The translations under genes and the position numbers were made by a program. Below, in pieces: positions 19,295 to 25,529 of a stretch of 35,738 nt of DNA. Below the pieces are notes generated by a model. The model was not told the DNA's origin. It saw only the letters and a list, made by a program, of their open reading frames with translations, and did not search any database. Every line of letters starts with the position of its first letter. Positions within the stretch are counted from its first letter, which is position 1. Source of the DNA: a virus (taxonomy: Duplodnaviria > Caudoviricetes); IMG/VR virus record IMGVR_UViG_3300034093_001562, positions 1 to 35,738 of that record. The stretch is one strand, 5' to 3'.

Positions 19295-21703
19295 ATGGCA
19301 CTTGACTTTCCAACATCACCCTCACCAAATCAGGTACACACCTCGGGCTCACGAAGCTGGACCTGGAATAATTCAGTAGGTGCCTGGTACGCAGTCAATG
19401 CTGGTGTTCAAGGAGTCCAGGGTATCCAAGGTGCTCAAGGTATTCAAGGAGTCCAGGGTATTACTGGTCTTGCCTTTACCATTGCAAAAACGTATCTCTC
19501 TGTTGCCGCATTGACCGCAGATACAGCTCCAACATCAATTGTTGCGGGACAGTTTGCACTCATTAATACAACAAATGTGGAGGATGCAGAAAATTCAAGG
19601 TTGTATATCTGGAATGGATCAAGTTATATCTTTGTTGATGACCTATCCGGATCCGCTGGTATTCAAGGTATCACTGGTAGCCAAGGTACGGTCGGAGCAC
19701 AGGGTACGCAGGGTGTTCAAGGTATTACTGGATCACAAGGTACACAGGGTATTCAAGGTATTACTGGAGCACAAGGTATTACTGGTAGTCAAGGTACAAT
19801 TGGAACGAGTGTGACGGGTGCACAGGGAACTCAGGGTATCAGCGGTGCATCAATTCTTGGATTAAATAATACTTTTACTGGTGTTAATTCAATCAACATT
19901 AACGGAACCGTGGGAGCCACGACGCCGAGCACGGGAAGATTTACCACGGTTCGACTAGACAATACGGATTTGCTGACATGGGGTGGTGCATACGGAGCTG
20001 GAATACCATCAATCCTTGGCTCGACTGGAGCGGGTGAATTACAGTTTCGGCCAACGGGTTCGACTAACGGAACGATTGCTACCCTCTCCTCCACCGGACT
20101 CGCGGTGACGGGTAACATCGGTGCTCGATCAGGTGGTGCAATACAGCTTTGGGATAGCGCAAATGCTGATTACGCTTACATCAACAATACAGGAAGCAGT
20201 TCCGCGACTCAACTCATCTCGTATTATTCTTCTGGTAGCGGCTCGGTAGCGCATCAATTCAAGACTTATTCTGGTGGTGTGGTAAATGCGTTGGCAATTA
20301 CGCCAGCGGGCAACGTCGGCATTGGAACGTCGAGTCCTGCTTACAATCTAGACATAGCTGGTAGCACAAATGTTTCTACCAATAATTTCTATCGCTACAA
20401 CGGCGATACCGGAATCATTGGTTCCGCGAGCTGCACGTCTACTGGTTCAAACACCTCGTTGGGTATCCGTGCGGCGAATGACATTGTATTTGCTGCTGGT
20501 GGTTCTACAACGCGAGCCATCATTAAAGCGGATGGGTCAGTCGGCATTGGAACGACGAGTCCGAGCAATCGGCTTCATATCTATAATACCGCTGCTGCGG
20601 ATGTTGCATTACTTGAATCTACTCAAACTTTTTCCACTTTAGCGTTTAAGTCTTCAACCAATTCTAGCACGGTAACTGTTGGTATTGACGGCTCAGGTAA
20701 CGCTGCGTTTGAAAATAAATTATCGAGCGGTGGAATGAATTTTGTAACCAATGGTTCCACTCGCGCCGTCATCAACAGCAGCGGCACTTTATCTTTAAAT
20801 GCAGCATTTATAACTGGCGGCTACTTTAATTCGCAACAATATACTTTAGGATCTATAGCCACCTCCGGTACACAATGGGTAAAAATTTGCGGAATTCCAT
20901 CTCCTGGTCAGCTTCAGATTAAAGGCTTTTACGGAACAAATTCTTCGGAAGAACAATTTGAAATTGATGTAAAAACAACTTATTATGCAGCACAAGCTGT
21001 AATTAACTGTCGCAGACAGAGTTATAGCGCATCTCTTGCTGAAGTAAGAGTAGAAGGAGCTGATGGTTCTGAGCACGCTGTATATATAAAATTCAACAGC
21101 AACGGTTATGCTGGAACTATTTATTGGAGATTAATTGATTGTAGTTATGCGCCAACAATCTACAATACTATCACAACTCCAGTTGGAGCGCTCTATTCTT
21201 CTATTACGGTTTCAGGCGGAAAAGTGTACTCAACAAATGAGAGTATTACCACCGCAGGAGCACTCTCCAAAGGCTCAGGTTCATTCCGTATTGAACATCC
21301 ACTACCTTCAAAATCCGAAACACACGAACTTGTTCACTCATTTATCGAAGGTCCACAGGCTGATCTTATTTATCGTGGTAAAGTAACACTAGTAAACGGT
21401 TCTGCATCCGTTAATATTGACACTGCCGCCAAGATGACAGAAGGCACCTTTGAAGCTCTCTGCCGTGAAGTTCAATGCTTTACGACTAACGAAAGCGGTT
21501 GGACTGCGATTCGTGGAAAAGTCACAGGTAATATTCTCACAATTCAAGCTCAAGATTCTACATGCACAGACGAAATTTCTTGGATGGTAATTGGTGAACG
21601 TAAAGACAAACATATGCTTGATACTGAATGGACTGATGATGACGGAAAGGTTATTGTCGAGCCGTTAAAACCGACCAGCGAGCCTATTGCTGTTGACATC
21701 TAA
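19295..21703 (+). CDS. Collagen-like tail fibre with GNVGIGT repeats and a distinct C-terminal domain
   Basis: FP.SP N-module, one 64-aa module, short collagen, GNVGIGTSSP and [10 protein letters not shown] repeats, C-terminal KGSGSFRIEHPL...LVHSFIEGP...YRGK domain. Confidence 0.8.
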   Translation: MALDFPTSPSPNQVHTSGSRSWTWNNSVGAWYAVNAGVQGVQGIQGAQGIQGVQGITGLAFTIAKTYLSVAALTADTAPTSIVAGQFALINTTNVEDAENSRLYIWNGSSYIFVDDLSGSAGIQGITGSQGTVGAQGTQGVQGITGSQGTQGIQGITGAQGITGSQGTIGTSVTGAQGTQGISGASILGLNNTFTGVNSININGTVGATTPSTGRFTTVRLDNTDLLTWGGAYGAGIPSILGSTGAGELQFRPTGSTNGTIATLSSTGLAVTGNIGARSGGAIQLWDSANADYAYINNTGSSSATQLISYYSSGSGSVAHQFKTYSGGVVNALAITPAGNVGIGTSSPAYNLDIAGSTNVSTNNFYRYNGDTGIIGSASCTSTGSNTSLGIRAANDIVFAAGGSTTRAIIKADGSVGIGTTSPSNRLHIYNTAAADVALLESTQTFSTLAFKSSTNSSTVTVGIDGSGNAAFENKLSSGGMNFVTNGSTRAVINSSGTLSLNAAFITGGYFNSQQYTLGSIATSGTQWVKICGIPSPGQLQIKGFYGTNSSEEQFEIDVKTTYYAAQAVINCRRQSYSASLAEVRVEGADGSEHAVYIKFNSNGYAGTIYWRLIDCSYAPTIYNTITTPVGALYSSITVSGGKVYSTNESITTAGALSKGSGSFRIEHPLPSKSETHELVHSFIEGPQADLIYRGKVTLVNGSASVNIDTAAKMTEGTFEALCREVQCFTTNESGWTAIRGKVTGNILTIQAQDSTCTDEISWMVIGERKDKHMLDTEWTDDDGKVIVEPLKPTSEPIAVDI

Positions 21704-21711
21704 TTCTAAAT

Positions 21712-21719
21712 AATAAATA
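21712..21719 (+). promoter_or_regulatory. Late-promoter variant AATAAATA
   Basis: Intergenic, 19 nt before the ATG at 21739. Confidence 0.55.
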
Positions 21720-21738
21720 GAGTAACCCACTCTATTGC

Positions 21739-23670
21739 ATGGCTGTTACACCTATATCAATTGAAACTCAACCTACCAGCAGAACAGTTTCTGTTGGGGG
21801 TCTTGCAGCGTTCAACGTAGTTGCGAGTGGTGGTGGAACTATTACATATCAGTGGAAGAAAGCTGCCGTTGAAATATCCGGCGCAACCGCGCCGGTCTAC
21901 ATTGTAGGATCCGCAGTAACAGCAGATGCTGGATCGTATACCGTTACGGTTACAAATGAGGCTGGAAGCGTGACTTCCAGCAGCGCTACGTTGACGGTCA
22001 ATGCACTCACTGCACCCGTCATTACTGCACAACCATCGGGGCAGACAGCATATGAAGGAGATTCAGTCACATTTTCAGTTATTGCAACGAGCAATGGCAC
22101 TTCTCCGACATATCAATGGAAGAAGAGTAGTAGTACAATTGTAGGAGCAACTTCTCCTCAATACACAATCTCATCAGTTGTTTCTGGAGATGCTGGTAAT
22201 TATACCGTGGTCATCACGAATAGTGTTGGATCAACAACTTCAAGTACTGCGGTTCTTGCAACAGCGGCTCTTCCAGCAATTATTCCGGTTGATGATGAAT
22301 TATTTGGTTCTCAGGGAACTCAAGGATCAGTCGGCTCTCAAGGAACTCAGGGCATTCAGGGAGTACAAGGCACGCAGGGAACACAAGGATTACAAGGTAT
22401 TCAAGGTTTTCAGGGAATTCAAGGCACATTTGGTACACAAGGTAGCCAGGGCCGTCAGGGCATTCAAGGTCTCCAAGGTGTGCAGGGTACGCAGGGCATT
22501 CAGGGTTCTCAAGGAACTCAGGGTACTGTGGGTCTTGCTTTTACGATTGCCAAAATATATGCCTCAGTTGCAGCGCTCGCTGCGGATTCGTCTCCGAGTG
22601 GAATCATTGCTGGTCAATTTGCATTAATTAATACCTACAACGTAGAAGATCCGGATAACTCTAAATTGTATATTTGGAGCGGAGCGAGTTATATTTACGT
22701 TGATGATCTTTCCGGTTCTGCAGGCATTCAAGGTATTACTGGTTCTCAGGGAACTCAAGGTATTCAAGGTCTTCAAGGAGTCCAAGGTATTCAAGGAATT
22801 CAAGGCATAAACGGAGAGTACGCTGCTATGGGTCTCCAAGGAACTCAAGGTATTCAAGGCCGTCAAGGAATTCAGGGAACATCAGGTTTAACTGGTACGG
22901 GCATCCAGGGTGCGCAAGGTGCTGTTGGATCTAATGGCGCTCAAGGAATTCAGGGTATTACTGGTTCTAACGGTAGTAACGGCACAAACGGCACGAATGG
23001 TATTCAAGGCGCTGCTGGTTCTAACGGCAGTAATGGTGCTCAGGGTACCGCTGGCACAAATGGTAGTAATGGTGCTCAGGGTACCGCTGGCACAAATGGT
23101 AGTAATGGTGCTCAGGGTACTGCAGGCACAAATGGAGCAAGTGTCACGGGCGCTCAAGGTACGGCAGGACAGAACGGTACGAATGGCACAAACGGGACAA
23201 ATGGTCAAAATGGTGCTCAGGGCACAGTAGGTCAAAATGGTACGAACGGTACGAATGGCACGAATGGCAGTCCTGGTGCTCAAGGCACGCAGGGCAGTGC
23301 AGGTCCCGGAGCCGATCAATCTTTAAATACAAACAGTTCAGTGACATTTAGTAGTGTTACTGCTGGTGGCTTCAATGCCACATCATCCATTGCATACAAA
23401 ATGAATGTTACTCCGATCGAAGACGCGATCGATTTAATTAAAAATCTGAATGGAGTAATCTACGATAGAAAAGACGGTCACAAGTCTCGGGAACATGGAG
23501 TCATTGCTGAAGACGTAGCACGAGTATTACCAAGCGTGGTGGGATATAAAAATGGAAAGCCAGATTCAATTGACTATTCGCGCTTTACACCAGTTCTAAT
23601 AGAAGCTATTAAAGCTCTTAGTGATAAAGTAGATGAGTTGAAGAATGAATTAAAAGCTCTGAAGCCGTAA
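21739..23670 (+). CDS. Two N-terminal Ig (I-set-like) domains + collagen-like stalk + S74-type chaperone
   Basis: Two copies of I..QP...T...G....F.V.A......YQWKK....I.GAT...Y.......DAG.YTV..TN..GS.TS, then Gly-X-Gln/Asn runs, then TSSIAYKMNVTPI...HGVIAEDV...IDYSRFTPVLIEAIK. Confidence 0.85.
   Translation: MAVTPISIETQPTSRTVSVGGLAAFNVVASGGGTITYQWKKAAVEISGATAPVYIVGSAVTADAGSYTVTVTNEAGSVTSSSATLTVNALTAPVITAQPSGQTAYEGDSVTFSVIATSNGTSPTYQWKKSSSTIVGATSPQYTISSVVSGDAGNYTVVITNSVGSTTSSTAVLATAALPAIIPVDDELFGSQGTQGSVGSQGTQGIQGVQGTQGTQGLQGIQGFQGIQGTFGTQGSQGRQGIQGLQGVQGTQGIQGSQGTQGTVGLAFTIAKIYASVAALAADSSPSGIIAGQFALINTYNVEDPDNSKLYIWSGASYIYVDDLSGSAGIQGITGSQGTQGIQGLQGVQGIQGIQGINGEYAAMGLQGTQGIQGRQGIQGTSGLTGTGIQGAQGAVGSNGAQGIQGITGSNGSNGTNGTNGIQGAAGSNGSNGAQGTAGTNGSNGAQGTAGTNGSNGAQGTAGTNGASVTGAQGTAGQNGTNGTNGTNGQNGAQGTVGQNGTNGTNGTNGSPGAQGTQGSAGPGADQSLNTNSSVTFSSVTAGGFNATSSIAYKMNVTPIEDAIDLIKNLNGVIYDRKDGHKSREHGVIAEDVARVLPSVVGYKNGKPDSIDYSRFTPVLIEAIKALSDKVDELKNELKALKP
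23026..23133 (+). repeat. 36-bp tandem repeat x3 ([12 protein letters not shown])
   Basis: Near-identical units at 23026, 23062 and 23098. Confidence 0.85.
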
Positions 23671-23703
23671 TTATAAGGTGGCAAAGAGTAAGTGGTAAAA
23701 ACA

Positions 23704-23711
23704 TATAAATA
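23704..23711 (+). promoter_or_regulatory. T4-type late promoter TATAAATA
   Basis: Exact consensus 8 nt before the ATG at 23720. Confidence 0.8.
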
Positions 23712-23719
23712 GATGATCT

Positions 23720-24469
23720 ATGGCTGCACCATCATCTAGACAAAATCTCATCGACTACTGTTTGCGTAACCTGGGAGCACCGGTCCTGGAGATTAACGTG
23801 GACGACGATCAGGTGAATGACCGTATCGATGAGGCATTCCAATTCTGGAATGAGTATCATATGGATGCAACCCTCAAAACGTATCGCAAGGTCCAGGTGA
23901 CACAGCCGATCATTGATAACAAATACGTGGATCTTCCAGATAGTTGTCTTTTTGTAACTCGCGTATTCCCTCTCACAAACAACTCATCAAATTCATCTGG
24001 AATGTGGTCTGCACGTTACCAAATGCATTTGAATGACGTATACGATCTTCAATACGCTGGAGCTTTGGTGAATTACGTTGAGACTCGCCAATTTCTCGAA
24101 ATGCTGGATATGATTCTGAATGGTGTTCCTCCGATTCGCTTTAATCGTCACATGAACCGTATGTTTATTGACGTTGATTTTTCACAGCAGCTTTATCTTG
24201 GAGATTGGATTATTATTGAGGGATACGAGACGATTGATCCTACTGGATTCACAAAGGTCTATAACGATATGTTCCTCAAGAAATATTCAACTGCATTGAT
24301 CAAACGTCAGTGGGGTCAGAATATGAGCAAGTTTGAAGGCATGCAGCTTCCGGGTGGAGTGACGATGAATGGCATGAAGATTCTTGAGGACGCAAATGCA
24401 GAAATTGAAAAGCTTGAGGCGGATATGGAACTCAAGTATGCCAAACCGGTCGACTTCCTTATTGGCTAA
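23720..24469 (+). CDS. gp13: Neck protein (T4 gp13-like)
   Basis: L.DYCLR.LGAPVLEINVDDDQ..DRIDEA and Y.TALIKRQWGQN.SKF.G.QLPGGVT.NG signatures, plus synteny. Confidence 0.93.
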   Translation: MAAPSSRQNLIDYCLRNLGAPVLEINVDDDQVNDRIDEAFQFWNEYHMDATLKTYRKVQVTQPIIDNKYVDLPDSCLFVTRVFPLTNNSSNSSGMWSARYQMHLNDVYDLQYAGALVNYVETRQFLEMLDMILNGVPPIRFNRHMNRMFIDVDFSQQLYLGDWIIIEGYETIDPTGFTKVYNDMFLKKYSTALIKRQWGQNMSKFEGMQLPGGVTMNGMKILEDANAEIEKLEADMELKYAKPVDFLIG

Positions 24470-24472
24470 TAT

Positions 24473-25528
24473 ATGCCCCGCAACGTTTACTTTTCTCAGG
24501 GCGCAAAGTCTGAACAGAATCTTTACGAGGACCTCGTAATAGAGGCTCTAAAGATTTATGGGCATGAAATGTATTATATGCCCCGCAGCATGATTTCTCG
24601 GGATATGATTCTGGATGAAGATATTGAATCTAAATTCAGTGAGGCGTACATGATTGAAATGTACCTTGAAAATGTGGATGGCTTTGATGGAGATGGTACA
24701 TTCTTTAGTAAGTTTGGTCTTGAGATTCGTGACTCTGCAACATTTGTGGTTTCGAAACGCCAATGGGAAAAGCTAGTGGGTCTCTATAATAATGAGATCG
24801 TTTCGGGACGTCCAAATGAAGGTGATCTATTGTTCTTCCCACTCACTCGTTCTTTCTTTGAGATTAAGTTTGTTGAGCATAAATCTCCATTCTACCAACT
24901 CTCAAACGTACCAGTCTACAAGATGCGTTGCGAGCTCTTCGAATACTCGGATGAAGCGATCGATACTGGCATTGCAGAAATCGATGTTCTTCAGACTAAG
25001 TTTGCAACTGAATACTTCTTTGCAATTGATAATTCGAATGATATTCCATTTACAATCGGAGAAAAGGTAAAGCAGGTTCTATCTCCTGCAGCTGGAATAT
25101 ATCCTGAGGTTGCCATCTACGGAAAAGTACTTCGCTTTGATCGTCTTATTCCAACAAATCCAGCCAGTGAACTTCGTGTTGCACTAGGTGAGATTACCGC
25201 AACGAGCGGTAGCTATAGCGAATTCGGAGTAACTGAACATGAATTTGATAAACTCGTGGGACTCACGAGTGGCGCTGAATGGAGCATCACGAAAAAATAC
25301 GATATCGATACTCAAAGCGAAAATCTTACATTCAAGAACAATGCTGAAGGTGCACAAAATTACGAATTTGAAAATGATGCTGCCGGAATCATTGATTTTA
25401 GCGAAAACAATCCATTCGGCGAGGTTGGCGCATCAGTCCCAGCCGTGGTTATAACAAATTCATCTTATCGTGCAGATTCAACGGGAATTTTTGCAGACTC
25501 TACAACACTAACAGCCGATACTCAATAA
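24473..25528 (+). CDS. gp14: Neck/head-completion protein (T4 gp14-like) with C-terminal extension
   Basis: EQNLYEDLVIEALKIYG, IEMY, SKFGLEIRD, RPNEGDL.FFP, FEIKFVEH..PFYQL, CELFEYS and DFSE.NPFG motifs, followed by ~35 extra residues. Confidence 0.92.
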   Translation: MPRNVYFSQGAKSEQNLYEDLVIEALKIYGHEMYYMPRSMISRDMILDEDIESKFSEAYMIEMYLENVDGFDGDGTFFSKFGLEIRDSATFVVSKRQWEKLVGLYNNEIVSGRPNEGDLLFFPLTRSFFEIKFVEHKSPFYQLSNVPVYKMRCELFEYSDEAIDTGIAEIDVLQTKFATEYFFAIDNSNDIPFTIGEKVKQVLSPAAGIYPEVAIYGKVLRFDRLIPTNPASELRVALGEITATSGSYSEFGVTEHEFDKLVGLTSGAEWSITKKYDIDTQSENLTFKNNAEGAQNYEFENDAAGIIDFSENNPFGEVGASVPAVVITNSSYRADSTGIFADSTTLTADTQ

Positions 25529-25529
25529 C

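Noticed and set aside
2483-23670. Diversity-generating retroelement or invertase shufflon acting on fibre tips
   Set aside because: No reverse transcriptase or recombinase in the window, no template/variable repeat pair differing only at adenines seen, and no inverted tip cassettes. An element elsewhere in the genome cannot be excluded.
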